Below the pieces are notes generated by a model. That model made no database searches, was not told the DNA's origin, and saw nothing but the letters and a program-made list of their open reading frames with translations. Made by a program: the position numbers and the translations under genes. A stretch of 64,000 bases of DNA from Bryobacteraceae bacterium. Lineage in GTDB: Bacteria; Acidobacteriota; Terriglobia; Bryobacterales; Bryobacteraceae. The DNA is taken from contig JBEBFS010000002.1 of NCBI GenBank assembly GCA_040081855.1, forward strand, positions 80,497-144,496, read 5' to 3'. This document shows positions 49,319 to 59,710 of this stretch, in pieces; the stretch's first letter is position 1; every line of letters starts with the position of its first letter.

Positions 49319-50509
49319 TTAGCGGGCAACGGCCGCCGGCCGGCTCGAAACCGGTTGTTTTGATTTGGCTTCCACGATCAACTGAGTATACAGTTCCGCT
49401 GTACGCTCCACCATTCGATCCGCTGAAAACCCTTGCGCCGCAACGCGGGATGCTTTCCCCATGCTACGCCGCAGTTCCGCATCCCCAGCGAGCCTTCGGA
49501 GATGACACGCAATCGCGTTCACGTCGCCGACTGACGCAATGAATCCAGTCACGCCATCTTGCACCGTTTCACCGATGCCACCCACGGCGGTTGCAACGAC
49601 CGGCACTCCGTGAGCCATGGCCTCTAAAATCACCAGCGGATGTCCCTCCGATATGCTGGTCAGCGCCACCACATCGACCGCGCAAAGCAAGGGGCGAGCG
49701 TCGCGTGATCCAAGCCAAACGATATCGTCTTCGATCGCGAGCGTCTTCCCCAATTCGCGCAACGAAATGCCCAGCGGGCCATCGCCGATCATCACCAGTT
49801 TCACCGCCTGCGCTTGTCCGCTCCGCAACACCGCAAACGATTTCAGCAAAACGTCAGGAGCTTTCATTTCCGTGAACCGGCCGACGAAGGCGATGCATAC
49901 TTCCCCGGGCATCACACCCCACTCCCTCCGCAAACGATCGCGCTCCTGATCGTCGATGGCTTCGGGAATCGCAACGCCGTTCGGAATCAACGCGAGCTTT
50001 GCCTCCGCGATTCCAATCCGCAGCGCTTCGTGATACTCGGCGTGGGACACCGCAATGATTTTGTCGGAAGCGCCAGCAAACGATGATTCCGCGCGCGCAC
50101 CTAACTTCCTCGCCACCGCTCCGCGCGACGCATCCGCATGGAAGAAGAGGTGCGGAGTGAATACAATCTTCGCCGGCCCGCCCATTAGAGCTGCGCGTCC
50201 CAGCCACCCGGCTTTCGTGCTGTGACAGTGAATTACGTCGAACGGCCCATGTTCGAAAACGTATTGACGGAGCGTCCGCGCCGCAGCAAAATCCCCGAAG
50301 CCCAGACTCTTCTTCATCGAAAACGAAACGGGGCGGACATTCGCATAGGCACCCATACGCTTCACCCCCTCCGCAAAGACATTGTCAGTACGAAACGGGG
50401 AGTAGAGCAGATGAACTTCGTGGCCGCGCTTGGCAAGTCCTTCTGTGAGTTCCATCACGTGCCGGCCAGCGCCCGTCGCGGCCGATTCAATGAGTTGGAG
50501 AAGCCGCAT
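49319..50509 (-). CDS. glycosyltransferase family 4
   Basis: MRLLQLIESAATGAGRHV N-terminus. C-terminal E-x7-E region (SISEGHPLVILEAMAHGVPVV). Confidence 0.85.
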   Translation of the reverse strand: MRLLQLIESAATGAGRHVMELTEGLAKRGHEVHLLYSPFRTDNVFAEGVKRMGAYANVRPVSFSMKKSLGFGDFAAARTLRQYVFEHGPFDVIHCHSTKAGWLGRAALMGGPAKIVFTPHLFFHADASRGAVARKLGARAESSFAGASDKIIAVSHAEYHEALRIGIAEAKLALIPNGVAIPEAIDDQERDRLRREWGVMPGEVCIAFVGRFTEMKAPDVLLKSFAVLRSGQAQAVKLVMIGDGPLGISLRELGKTLAIEDDIVWLGSRDARPLLCAVDVVALTSISEGHPLVILEAMAHGVPVVATAVGGIGETVQDGVTGFIASVGDVNAIACHLRRLAGDAELRRSMGKASRVAAQGFSADRMVERTAELYTQLIVEAKSKQPVSSRPAAVAR

Positions 50510-51593
50510 GCGGTTCCCCCTTCCATGCAACCGGTGCCGTTTCGCCCAGCACCTCCCGGTATAGCGTCAGATACTGATCCGCCGTCCGCTCGATGGAAAA
50601 CTCGGCGGCTCGCAGGCGAGCGTTCTTCGACAACGACTTCCGAAGACCAGCGTTGTCGGTCAGCGCGCGAATGGCCCGTGCCAACCCCGCTGAATCGCCC
50701 ATCGCGAATTTCAAACCCGCGTTTCCCACAACGTCGCTGAGTCCCGGCACGTCGCTCACTACAACGGGCAAACCTGACGCCATCGCTTCCACGGCCGCCA
50801 GCCCAAAGCCTTCCCATCGCGACGATTGAACGTACACATCGGCCGCGGCCAGGAGTTGCGGCACATCGCTGCGCGCACCCAGAAACCGCACTCGTTCCTC
50901 GATTCCCAGCGATCTTGCCAAGTCCTCCAGTTCGCCACGTAAATGTCCCTCACCGGCAACGCATAGAACCACCTGCGGCAATTCCCTCACAGCTCGCATC
51001 AGGACATCGATTCCCTTCTGCTCGGTGATCCGCCCCACTGTCAGCACCGTAAACGGCGATGGATTTTCCTGCCGCTCCACGTTTGGGAAATTGTCTATTG
51101 CAATTCCGTTCGCAACCACACGAACTCTGGGGCGGAGTTCGGGGAGCCAGTCGCCGAGCGCGTCCGCAACCTGCTGGCTCACGCAAATAATCTGCCTGTA
51201 GCCGGAATACATTTGCCGATCGATCGCGCGAAACCACCAACGTCTCCGGCGATTCCATGTGTTGTGCTCCGTCGCGACAAAGCGTATGGTCCCATTGCCC
51301 GCCATTGCAGCCCACAGCATCGCCGGAAACAAGTGCGCGTGCACGATGTCCGGCCGATAATCGCGAATCACGCGCCGAATAAATGCAATCTGCGCCGGAG
51401 AACGTAATGGTCTGTCTTCCGCAATCACCGGGACGCCATCGCGGCGCAAACATTCGGCGATTCGCGTGTCGCGCAAATTCAGCGCAGCAACCGCCACATC
51501 CACGCCTCGCTCGCGCAGCAGCGGTGCGACGTCGGCCAACAAACGCTCCGCGCCGCCCAGGTCGAGATGATTGATGACGTGTAGAACTTTCAC
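50487..51593 (-). CDS. glycosyltransferase family 4
   Basis: MKVLHVINHLDLGGAERLL. SRWEGFGLAAVEAMASGLPVV. Confidence 0.85.
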   Translation of the reverse strand: MKVLHVINHLDLGGAERLLADVAPLLRERGVDVAVAALNLRDTRIAECLRRDGVPVIAEDRPLRSPAQIAFIRRVIRDYRPDIVHAHLFPAMLWAAMAGNGTIRFVATEHNTWNRRRRWWFRAIDRQMYSGYRQIICVSQQVADALGDWLPELRPRVRVVANGIAIDNFPNVERQENPSPFTVLTVGRITEQKGIDVLMRAVRELPQVVLCVAGEGHLRGELEDLARSLGIEERVRFLGARSDVPQLLAAADVYVQSSRWEGFGLAAVEAMASGLPVVVSDVPGLSDVVGNAGLKFAMGDSAGLARAIRALTDNAGLRKSLSKNARLRAAEFSIERTADQYLTLYREVLGETAPVAWKGEPHAASPTH

Positions 51594-51600
51594 CGCACCG

Positions 51601-52896
51601 TCACCTCATCCCGCCTACACCTGCTTCTGTCTGTACGGCAGGAGCCACGCGTGTTTGCACCTCCACGGGCCGGTGCCGCAGATAACTGATACCCAGGCCC
51701 ACGCCGAAAAGCAGAGTCTGAAACGGATACCAACCGCCGGAAAGGCAGGCCGTGACCACGTAAACCAGAACACATCCCGCTGCCGCAATCGCTGCTGGAG
51801 TCCGATTCGCAAGGCCAATCGCACACTTCACAACTGGAATCACCAGAAACACGAGCGCAAGGAAGACCCCGCCCTTCAACAACGACGTCGCGATGCCAAT
51901 GTGGGGCGCGGTTTCAAATAATCTACCTTGATAGCGAATGGTGGAATAGAACAGGCTGCCGAAGCCCCAGCCTGACAGGAAATCGTCACCCAACTGTTCG
52001 AACATCCAGCGAAGCTCAATCAACCGGCCCTCGCTCGCCAAGTCTGCTTGTGCAAATCGATCCAGTACGGAATAGCCCTTGACGCGAATAATCGAGGCAA
52101 GCGTCAATCCGGCGGTAAGAAACAGCAAAAGGACCACGGTCCCGATAAGAATTTGCTGCGATGTGCGCTTTCGTTCCATCGCCCAAATGAACGCGAACAC
52201 CATGGCGCTCACCAATAACAGACTTCGCGTAGCGGTAAAGATCGCGATGAACAACGCCACCGGAATCATCAGGCGCGCGCAATTTCTCAAGTATGTGTTG
52301 CCGATCCCGCGCTGGCCCGGTGCAAAGCGGTTGGAATAGGCGTGCACCGAACCAACAATCGGCCACGCGAACTGCGCGACACAGGCGATATTCCACAACG
52401 AACTGGTGTAGAGCCGGTCGCTGTACTCGCTGCCCGCGGGTCGGATAAAGCCCAGATAGACGCCCGCCGCCGTGCCTATCGCCAGAGGCATCAGAACGCC
52501 GCCCAGTAAGCGAAAGAAGGCGGTCAGCTGCAACAACGTCCGGCGTCTCGCCCACAGCATGCCGAGAACAAACACCTGCATGGTCCATAAATCGCTGACG
52601 AAGTACTTGACGTCCCAGTTATTGTGTCCGCTCTGCCACACAGCGCACGCCGACGTGTACGTCATTGCCAGCATCAGCAACCAGAAATACTTACTGGGTG
52701 TCGTTTGCCGGTAAAAGCGCTCCGCCATCAGCGCCACCCACCACATTTGCGTGAAAAAAAAGTGCAGAGGAACCGGTCCCACAGTCAGCGTGCGCGTCCA
52801 AATTTCCGGCAAGGCAATCCATAGCAGGATCGCGAACAGCGAAGCATCACTGCATCGCCGTGCGAACGAACCGCTGGAGGGCAATGCGTAGTTCAA
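51601..52896 (-). CDS. polytopic membrane protein, O-antigen/EPS polymerase (Wzy)-like
   Basis: More than 10 predicted TM helices, no soluble domain, position inside the glycosyltransferase block. Start uncertain: TTG 52896 overlaps the upstream TGA; the next in-frame ATG is at 52746; the ORF opens at 53100. Confidence 0.55.
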   Translation of the reverse strand: MNYALPSSGSFARRCSDASLFAILLWIALPEIWTRTLTVGPVPLHFFFTQMWWVALMAERFYRQTTPSKYFWLLMLAMTYTSACAVWQSGHNNWDVKYFVSDLWTMQVFVLGMLWARRRTLLQLTAFFRLLGGVLMPLAIGTAAGVYLGFIRPAGSEYSDRLYTSSLWNIACVAQFAWPIVGSVHAYSNRFAPGQRGIGNTYLRNCARLMIPVALFIAIFTATRSLLLVSAMVFAFIWAMERKRTSQQILIGTVVLLLFLTAGLTLASIIRVKGYSVLDRFAQADLASEGRLIELRWMFEQLGDDFLSGWGFGSLFYSTIRYQGRLFETAPHIGIATSLLKGGVFLALVFLVIPVVKCAIGLANRTPAAIAAAGCVLVYVVTACLSGGWYPFQTLLFGVGLGISYLRHRPVEVQTRVAPAVQTEAGVGGMR

Positions 52897-53729
52897 ACCG
52901 CCTCCTGGGTCGGGATGCCCGAATCCATCAATCCCCACTTCACGGCACCGGCGGTTCTCATCTTGCGGCACAAACTTTGCAGACGGTAGGCTCCATAGAT
53001 CGCTGGATGCAGCAAGCGCGCTTGCAAACCGGCCCGATACTGCGTGCCGAACCACGCTTCTTCCTTCAAGCGGCGCGCCTCGTGCTTCACCGTCTTGCAT
53101 TCCGGATGCACCCGGAACGCGGCCAGCAACCGCGGAATTCGCGCGAACCGCCGCCGCTGTGCCAAGCGCGTGAACAGTTCTTTGTCCATGATGAAGAACA
53201 AGCTCTCGTTGATGCCGCCTACGGCCTCATACGCCGATCTGCGCCACAGGGTCGATTGTTGGAAAACGCCATCTTGCCCGTACCACCGGAAACGACTGTA
53301 TGATGCGGCAACACCCAGGCTGTACGTCCAGAACCCATCGAGCTTCGGCCGCCCGGTTTCATCCATCACGTAGGCGCCGCCGTTCACGGCCTCCACTTGC
53401 GGGTGTTCCGCAAAGTAACGTCCGGCCTCCAGCAAAGCACCTGGGAGGAAAACATCATCCGAATTCAGCCAACACAGAATTTCCCCCGTGGCGCGAGCGA
53501 ACCCCTTCAGAATTGCATGTGCCTGCCCACGATCCGGCTCCGAAACCCAGTGGGCGAGCGACTCTGCATATTTTTGGATGATCGCCACCGAACCATCCGT
53601 GCTTGCACCATCGATAATGATGTACTCAAGATTCGGGTAGCCCTGTTCGAGCACGGATACAATCGTGCGCTCCAAAAATCGCGCCTGCTCGAAGCTCGGC
53701 GTCACCACCGTGATTCTAGGCAGTGGCAT
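52893..53729 (-). CDS. glycosyltransferase family 2
   Basis: ITVVTPSFEQARFLERTIVSVLEQGYPNLEYIIIDGASTDGS and a DxD-like WLNSDD. Confidence 0.85.
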   Translation of the reverse strand: MPLPRITVVTPSFEQARFLERTIVSVLEQGYPNLEYIIIDGASTDGSVAIIQKYAESLAHWVSEPDRGQAHAILKGFARATGEILCWLNSDDVFLPGALLEAGRYFAEHPQVEAVNGGAYVMDETGRPKLDGFWTYSLGVAASYSRFRWYGQDGVFQQSTLWRRSAYEAVGGINESLFFIMDKELFTRLAQRRRFARIPRLLAAFRVHPECKTVKHEARRLKEEAWFGTQYRAGLQARLLHPAIYGAYRLQSLCRKMRTAGAVKWGLMDSGIPTQEAV

Positions 53730-54345
53730 GGGGCTCCTCCACGCGCACACGCAAAACACGGGCCGGCGCACCCGCCGCGACACAGTCGGCCGGAATATCT
53801 CGCGTCACAACCGAGCCGGCCCCGATGATGCTGCGCTCGCCAATCGTGACCCCCTTCAAGATGATCGCGTGTGCGCCCACAAACACATCCCGGCAGATAC
53901 GCACCGGCCCGCACTGGATCTGGCTCTCATCGTGAACACGCCGGGCCATGTGATCCAACGGATGGAGGTCGGAATCGTAGACGCAAACACCGGCGCCCAA
54001 ATTCACGTAATCCTCAATGACAATTGAGATCTGGCTGCGCAATACAACGCCCGACATTCCCACGTGGTTGCCCACATCAATGCGCGCGCCTGCCGATGTC
54101 GTCGTGATCGCACAGGGTTGATACACTCCCGCCGGATTCTCGGCAAGCGTATTAGAAAGCTTCACGTGCTCGCCAAAGCGTATAGTGGATTCCGGATGTC
54201 TGCGGCACAACGGCAACGACATCACTTGCAGATCCCGACCGTACTCGATTCCAAGGATCGTCAAATACAAGCGCGCGGCCTGCCCTAGAACGGCTCCCCA
54301 CACTGCACGCACAAACCTCACCAACTCAATCAACGCTCTCCTCAC
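53716..54345 (-). CDS. left-handed beta-helix (hexapeptide-repeat) acyl/acetyltransferase
   Basis: Hexapeptide repeats (IDVGNHVGMSGVVL, IEDYVNLGAGVCV, ICRDVFVGAHAIILKGVTIGERSIIGAGSVV). The GTG at 54345 overlaps the flippase TGA (GTGA). Confidence 0.8.
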   Translation of the reverse strand: MRRALIELVRFVRAVWGAVLGQAARLYLTILGIEYGRDLQVMSLPLCRRHPESTIRFGEHVKLSNTLAENPAGVYQPCAITTTSAGARIDVGNHVGMSGVVLRSQISIVIEDYVNLGAGVCVYDSDLHPLDHMARRVHDESQIQCGPVRICRDVFVGAHAIILKGVTIGERSIIGAGSVVTRDIPADCVAAGAPARVLRVRVEEPHATA

Positions 54346-55727
54346 GTCCGCACCGCCACCGCGCCCGCCTCCGCCCGGAACAGCTGAAGCACTTGCAACC
54401 ACTGCAGCAACCCCAGCGTCAACTCGCATACGCCAAACACCCCAGCAATCGCCGACAAGCCATATCGAGGAGCAAGCCACCATGCTCCGGCCAACCCCAT
54501 GGCGAGAGCAGGCAGTTGGCAAATAAACTGCGCACGAAGGCGTCCGCATCCATTCAGGCAAGTGGATGTAGCCGAGTGTAGACACAACCCCGCGGCAAAG
54601 ATGGCCACGCTCGCAAGCAAACCTGCATCGGCCACGGCGCCTTCGCCTATCCACCAGTGCGCGAGCAATGGCATCGTAAAAGGAAACACGGCAAGTAAGA
54701 AAACGCCAGCCAGAGCAGCCGCGCCAATCGTGAGACGGAATGTGCGCTCCATCCAGGCGTAGTCACCGCGTACGTGCGCCTCCGTGTAGGCGGGCCACAG
54801 CGGCTGCATCGCCAGACTGAACGCCATGGGAACCATCGTCGCCATCCGGTTAGCCACCGCATACGGCGAAACCGCGGCGGCTCCGAATTGCCAGGTGATC
54901 AACAACGCCGGCAATTGCATCATGCCCGCCGTTAATAACTGCAACGCAAAGTATTGCGATCCAGAAGACCCCAAGCTCTTGCATTCGACAAACGAAACGA
55001 CCGCGGTTTCGAGCTTCGCCAGGCTGCCACGATGCAACACCACGTCGATCCACGTCAGTGCCAGCGCGACAACCTGCCCCGCTCCGTAAATCAGAATCAG
55101 CGCCGGCATGCGCCACTGCCATTGCACGCCGAACCAAACACCCGCGAGCGATAAAACGCTGCCCACCATCAGCCACAAGCCGTTCGCGACACCTCTTTGG
55201 ACACCTAAGTTGTACTTTTGTGCAACGCCCAGCGGCAGGGAAAGAGCAAGGCACACCAGCACAGCGGCCGCCGAGGGCCAAAGATTTCGCCGGGCTTCCA
55301 GCGCGGCAACATGAAAAAGTGCGTTCCAATCGAGAACTGGACCAAGCGCGAAGGAACCGGCAAGCAGGAACGCCGCCACGCAACTGAGCACCACCGCTCC
55401 GTTCGTCAACACCTGCGACAGGCGCTTTTCATCATGCATCGCCCACGCCCGCGCGATTCCCTGTAAAACTCCATTGCCGATGCCAAGATCCGCAAAGGCC
55501 GCTAGCAAGCTAAACGCTGTCAGCGTGGCCCACACGCCAAATTCCTCCGCGCCCAGGTATCGGTAGGTGATGCGAATTAATATCAGGTTGACGGCGAACT
55601 GTACGACCTTGGCGCCGCCATTGCCCAATGCCGTCACCGCGGCCGCACGCCCACGGCGCCCGAAGGATTGTTCAAACGTAGCCGCCGATTGGAGAAGAAA
55701 CGAACGGGATGCGGCAGGTTGGCTCAT
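54342..55727 (-). CDS. wzx: polysaccharide flippase (Wzx, MOP superfamily)
   Basis: 461 aa, about 12-14 TM helices, polysaccharide-biosynthesis-protein-like N-terminus (NGGAKVVQFAVNLILIRITYRYLGAEEFGVW). Confidence 0.8.
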   Translation of the reverse strand: MSQPAASRSFLLQSAATFEQSFGRRGRAAAVTALGNGGAKVVQFAVNLILIRITYRYLGAEEFGVWATLTAFSLLAAFADLGIGNGVLQGIARAWAMHDEKRLSQVLTNGAVVLSCVAAFLLAGSFALGPVLDWNALFHVAALEARRNLWPSAAAVLVCLALSLPLGVAQKYNLGVQRGVANGLWLMVGSVLSLAGVWFGVQWQWRMPALILIYGAGQVVALALTWIDVVLHRGSLAKLETAVVSFVECKSLGSSGSQYFALQLLTAGMMQLPALLITWQFGAAAVSPYAVANRMATMVPMAFSLAMQPLWPAYTEAHVRGDYAWMERTFRLTIGAAALAGVFLLAVFPFTMPLLAHWWIGEGAVADAGLLASVAIFAAGLCLHSATSTCLNGCGRLRAQFICQLPALAMGLAGAWWLAPRYGLSAIAGVFGVCELTLGLLQWLQVLQLFRAEAGAVAVRT

Positions 55728-55749
55728 CGGATCGGCGGCGCCTACGGAT

Positions 55750-57999
55750 TCACGCGTCTTTCGAGTTCTTGTAGTATTTGCTGTAATACCCGTAGTAGTA
55801 ATAGTGCCGCGCGCTCACTTCCTTGTGAACTTCGTTCAGCACCACGCCAACCAGGTTCGCCCGTAGCCGCGCCAACGTTGTGATTACCGATGCCAGTGCC
55901 GTACGACTGGTCTCGCCCGCTCGCGCCACGATGATCACGCCATCCACGATGCTCGCCATTTGCAGCGGTTCCGCGAAGCCTAACAGTGGCGGCGCATCCA
56001 GCACCACAAGATCGTATTCGCGCGATGCCTCTTCGATCAATTCCGTAAGTCCGGTACCAATCAAATCCGACGCCCGGCGCGTCGACGGACCGGCTGGGAG
56101 CATATCGAGCCCCTTCGGTTCCTGCATGTTGATCACCGCATCGCGCCAGGAAATTTGCTGCAGCAGCACGTTCGACAAGCCTACGCTGTTCGGCACCTGG
56201 AATAAACGATGCGCGCTGGGGCGCCGTAGATCGCCGTCAATCAGTAGCGTGCGCTTTCCCTGCCCTGCATGGGTCGCCGCCAGGTGGGCCGCCACCGTTG
56301 ACTTCCCTTCACTCGGCGAAGCGGACGTCATCAGGATGCTGCGTAACCGGCGGTCGAAATCCGTCAGCAAGATCGAATTGCGCAGCGTGCGGATCGCTTC
56401 CTCGTACGTCGAGAGCGCCGAGTAGCCTTGATCCTTTCCGGAAACGGAAACAACCGCACCATCTTTCGTCGGCGCCGACACCGTATTTAACATAGGACCG
56501 CCGCCCGATCCAGTCACAATGCCGCTCGGGCTCAGCGGACTCAACCGTCTCCGCCAATCTTTCACCGCAGGAAGCGAGCCGATCACATCCGTGTTCATCA
56601 AACGCGCCACTTGATCCGGATCGCGCACGGTGTTATCCAGCACATCGCCCAACACCGCCGCGCCCACGCCGAGGAACGATGCGAATAGGAACGCCAACAA
56701 CACGTTCAACCAGATCTTCGGAAATACCGGCTTCAATCCAGGACGCGCCGCGTCAGCCACGCGGATGGAGCCATTCTGGAAGCTGGAATTAATCGACGCT
56801 TCCTTGATCTTGCGAACCAATTCTTCGTAAACCTTCTTGTCGCTATCGGCCTCGCGCTTTAGCGTCTGGTATTCGAAGGAACGCGAATTCAAGCGGTCGA
56901 ACTCAGCCTTCGTCTCCTGAACCGCGTTCGATAGCATCCCCTCGCGATTCGCGGCCTCGCGAAATTCGATCTCCACGCGTTGTCCGATGCTCGCTTTCGT
57001 GGCCGAGATCTGTGCTTGAATCTCCTGCACTTGCGCCTGCGCCTTTTTGAATTCCGGATGATTCTGGCCGTAGCGCAGTTTCACGTCCGCAAAACGTGTC
57101 TGCGCGTCGTTCACGCTCTCCGTCAGCCGCCGCAGCGCCTCGCCTTGCGATGACACCTGCGCGGCCTCCAGGGTCCCGTCCTTCACCGAGTTATACGCCG
57201 CTTCTTTCGCCACGCGCGCGGTCTGCGCTTTGGTGTATTCGGTGTTCAACTCCAGCAGCCGCGCCGAAAGAATGCTGGTTTTTTCTTCCGGATTAATCAC
57301 GTTCAGTTCCTTCTCGAACAATGCCAGAGCGCCACTCGACTTTTCCATCTTGGCGCGCAACTCTTCCAGTTGGCGTTCCATGAAATCACTGAGGCTGGCC
57401 GTCGCTTTGTAGCGAATGCGGTAGGTGTGCGCCAGGTACGATTGCGCGACCTCATTCGCCACGTCCGCGGCCAACTGCCGGTTCGCCGAACGATAACTGA
57501 TGTTCAAGATGTACGTGTTCGGCGGACGCGTGATTCTCAAGCGCTTCAGGATCACTGGTGCCTCGCGGCTGGTAGCCGAATCGTCCACAGCCTCCTCCAG
57601 CGCGCCTTTTTCCACCTCGCGCAAATGATATTTGTCGACCACCGGACGCAGCACGGAGTCGGATTCAATCAGCTTCACCTGCGTCGCCAAGAACTGGTCG
57701 GCGTCATTGGTGGTGGATTGCATCGCCTCTTCGCCCAACACGCCCGTGGGCAGGCGGCGGTCGATGTCAATCGTTACGGTCGACTCGTAAATCTTCGTCA
57801 ACCGCACCGAGACTACAAGCGTGGCCAACACCACCGCCACGATGAACGCGATGATCTTCCACGCGTGACGCCTCAGTATCCAAAGGTAGTGCGCCAGGGG
57901 AACGTGCGCCGGCTGCGCTTCGAAATCCGCATCGAGAGTGATCGGAGCCACCCGGTAGGTTTCCGGAACAACGGGCAGGTTGGGGTCCAGCTTCCTCAT
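55750..57999 (-). CDS. wzc: polysaccharide co-polymerase / tyrosine autokinase (Wzc/GumC type)
   Basis: Wzz-like N-domain with two TMs and a long coiled coil. Walker A SASPSEGKST, A' LLIDGDLRRP, B YDLVVLDAPP. C-terminal Tyr cluster RHYYYYGYYSKYYK. Confidence 0.9.
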   Translation of the reverse strand: MRKLDPNLPVVPETYRVAPITLDADFEAQPAHVPLAHYLWILRRHAWKIIAFIVAVVLATLVVSVRLTKIYESTVTIDIDRRLPTGVLGEEAMQSTTNDADQFLATQVKLIESDSVLRPVVDKYHLREVEKGALEEAVDDSATSREAPVILKRLRITRPPNTYILNISYRSANRQLAADVANEVAQSYLAHTYRIRYKATASLSDFMERQLEELRAKMEKSSGALALFEKELNVINPEEKTSILSARLLELNTEYTKAQTARVAKEAAYNSVKDGTLEAAQVSSQGEALRRLTESVNDAQTRFADVKLRYGQNHPEFKKAQAQVQEIQAQISATKASIGQRVEIEFREAANREGMLSNAVQETKAEFDRLNSRSFEYQTLKREADSDKKVYEELVRKIKEASINSSFQNGSIRVADAARPGLKPVFPKIWLNVLLAFLFASFLGVGAAVLGDVLDNTVRDPDQVARLMNTDVIGSLPAVKDWRRRLSPLSPSGIVTGSGGGPMLNTVSAPTKDGAVVSVSGKDQGYSALSTYEEAIRTLRNSILLTDFDRRLRSILMTSASPSEGKSTVAAHLAATHAGQGKRTLLIDGDLRRPSAHRLFQVPNSVGLSNVLLQQISWRDAVINMQEPKGLDMLPAGPSTRRASDLIGTGLTELIEEASREYDLVVLDAPPLLGFAEPLQMASIVDGVIIVARAGETSRTALASVITTLARLRANLVGVVLNEVHKEVSARHYYYYGYYSKYYKNSKDA

Positions 58000-58982
58000 G
58001 GCCGATTCCAGATCAGAATACCCGACGCGGTCGACGCGCCAAAGTTCGTAATGCGGTCAATCACATTCACCGTCTGCCGCCGGCCTTTGTTGTCCGGGAT
58101 GTACAACACATCGTCGGCCAGCATCGCCACATCCGATTCCTTGCGTTCCATGATCTTGGCCAAGGGGATTTCGATCTCCTGCTTGAGTCCCTTGTCATCG
58201 CGCCGGTAGATGTAGGCGAGCTTCGCCGCGTACGGCATCAGTCCTTCGGAGAGTGCAATGGCGCGGAGCACCGAATTATCCGCAGCCTCGCGTACCGCAA
58301 ACGCGCCGGGCTTCTTCACGTTGCCCACCACGAAAATCTTGCCGGCCTCCAGCACGCGAATCTCTTCGCCGCCGTGCAGCCGGAAGTTCACCGCCGGATC
58401 GGCTTCTTTCATCAATCGATTTACCGGAATGCGCTGCACCAGCGTGGCGCTCACTTCGCCGGGCGAATCGGGCGAAGACTGGGGACGGCTCACCAAAATC
58501 TCAGCACCGGCGTCCTGCGTCAAACCCTCCGCTCGAGCCAGCGCGTCCAGCACGGTCACGATGCCCACCGCCTGAAACGTCAGAGGTTTTTTCACCGCGC
58601 CCATCACGGAAATCGGGCGGCTATGGTATTCCACCACCGTCACCTTCACCACCGGTTCCACCAGAATTTCTTCCGATTTCAGCGCCGCGGCAAGCTTTGC
58701 CTCCAGATCCCGAGGCATGTTCCCGGCCGCCGCAACGCCCTTGGTCAGCAAGGGTAAATGAATGGTGCCATCGGCCTCCACTCGCACCGTGCGCGTTAAT
58801 TCCGGAGCGTCATATACAGACACAGCCACCAGATCATCCACCCCCAACAACTGCGAAGGTAGATTCTCGCGGCCCACTTCTTCCATCAACGATGTTCGGT
58901 TTTGCGCAAGAGCCACGCCAGGTGTAAAGGCAAGGCACAAGAAGGTGAGAGAAAAGATACAGGCAGATCGCCGAGTTTTCAT
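57996..58982 (-). CDS. wza: polysaccharide export protein (Wza-like, Poly_export + SLBB domains)
   Basis: Signal peptide, LGVDDLVAVSVYDAPEL...VRVEADGTIHLPLL motif, SLBB-like repeats. Its TGA overlaps the wzc ATG (ATGA). Confidence 0.85.
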   Translation of the reverse strand: MKTRRSACIFSLTFLCLAFTPGVALAQNRTSLMEEVGRENLPSQLLGVDDLVAVSVYDAPELTRTVRVEADGTIHLPLLTKGVAAAGNMPRDLEAKLAAALKSEEILVEPVVKVTVVEYHSRPISVMGAVKKPLTFQAVGIVTVLDALARAEGLTQDAGAEILVSRPQSSPDSPGEVSATLVQRIPVNRLMKEADPAVNFRLHGGEEIRVLEAGKIFVVGNVKKPGAFAVREAADNSVLRAIALSEGLMPYAAKLAYIYRRDDKGLKQEIEIPLAKIMERKESDVAMLADDVLYIPDNKGRRQTVNVIDRITNFGASTASGILIWNRP

Positions 58983-59395
58983 GAAACTTCCTAAAACACA
59001 GTTCTGCCGCCCCGATTCCCCCCTTGCGAATTCGCGGGAGGATCGAAACGAATTTCAGCATATCACGGCAGGCCGCGGCATTCCGAGGGTTTTCCCGATC
59101 ACAAATTTTCACTATGGCCACGGGGGCGAAGCTCCGCCACTAACCTCTTGTTTTCTGTTACTTAAGAAGCTTATTCACCGATACGCAGGACCGCCTTCCG
59201 CCCGGTATCCGCTACTTTCGCAAGTGGCCGCTACAAAATAATTGGAATCGAGAGCCGCCGTGTCATACTAGAGGTGCCTAAATCCGCGAGAAGTCACATC
59301 CCAACCGATAGCCGGACCTTTCTCCTCTTTCAGGCAGAAGGGATCTGCGTGCCCTGAACGGACACTTTCGTTGTCCTCTTACCGGCGCGATAGGC

Positions 59396-59686
59396 ATGAA
59401 TCCGATTACTACAATTGCAAACAACACACGCGAGCTGGTGGTTCACCTCAGCCGCGGGAATGGTGATCCGGCCCGGGAATTGGCAGGCCGGGTTCAAACC
59501 GATCTAAATACGATCCTGATCTCCGACCTGGATGCGGCCAGCGCTCTGAAGCGCCAGGCGCAACAAGCGATGTACGCAATCGAGGAGGTATTGGCCCTCA
59601 TCGATCAGAGCGATCTCCGCGGTGCTTGGGAGGCGGCTCGCGATGCTTCAAAGGAATGGCGGGCACTCGCCCCAGGCCAAGAATAG
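59396..59686 (+). CDS. hypothetical protein
   Basis: 96-aa helical ORF with no recognisable family. Protein-like composition. Confidence 0.4.
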   Translation: MNPITTIANNTRELVVHLSRGNGDPARELAGRVQTDLNTILISDLDAASALKRQAQQAMYAIEEVLALIDQSDLRGAWEAARDASKEWRALAPGQE

Positions 59687-59710
59687 TTTTAAAGGATAGA
59701 AAGGAGCCTG

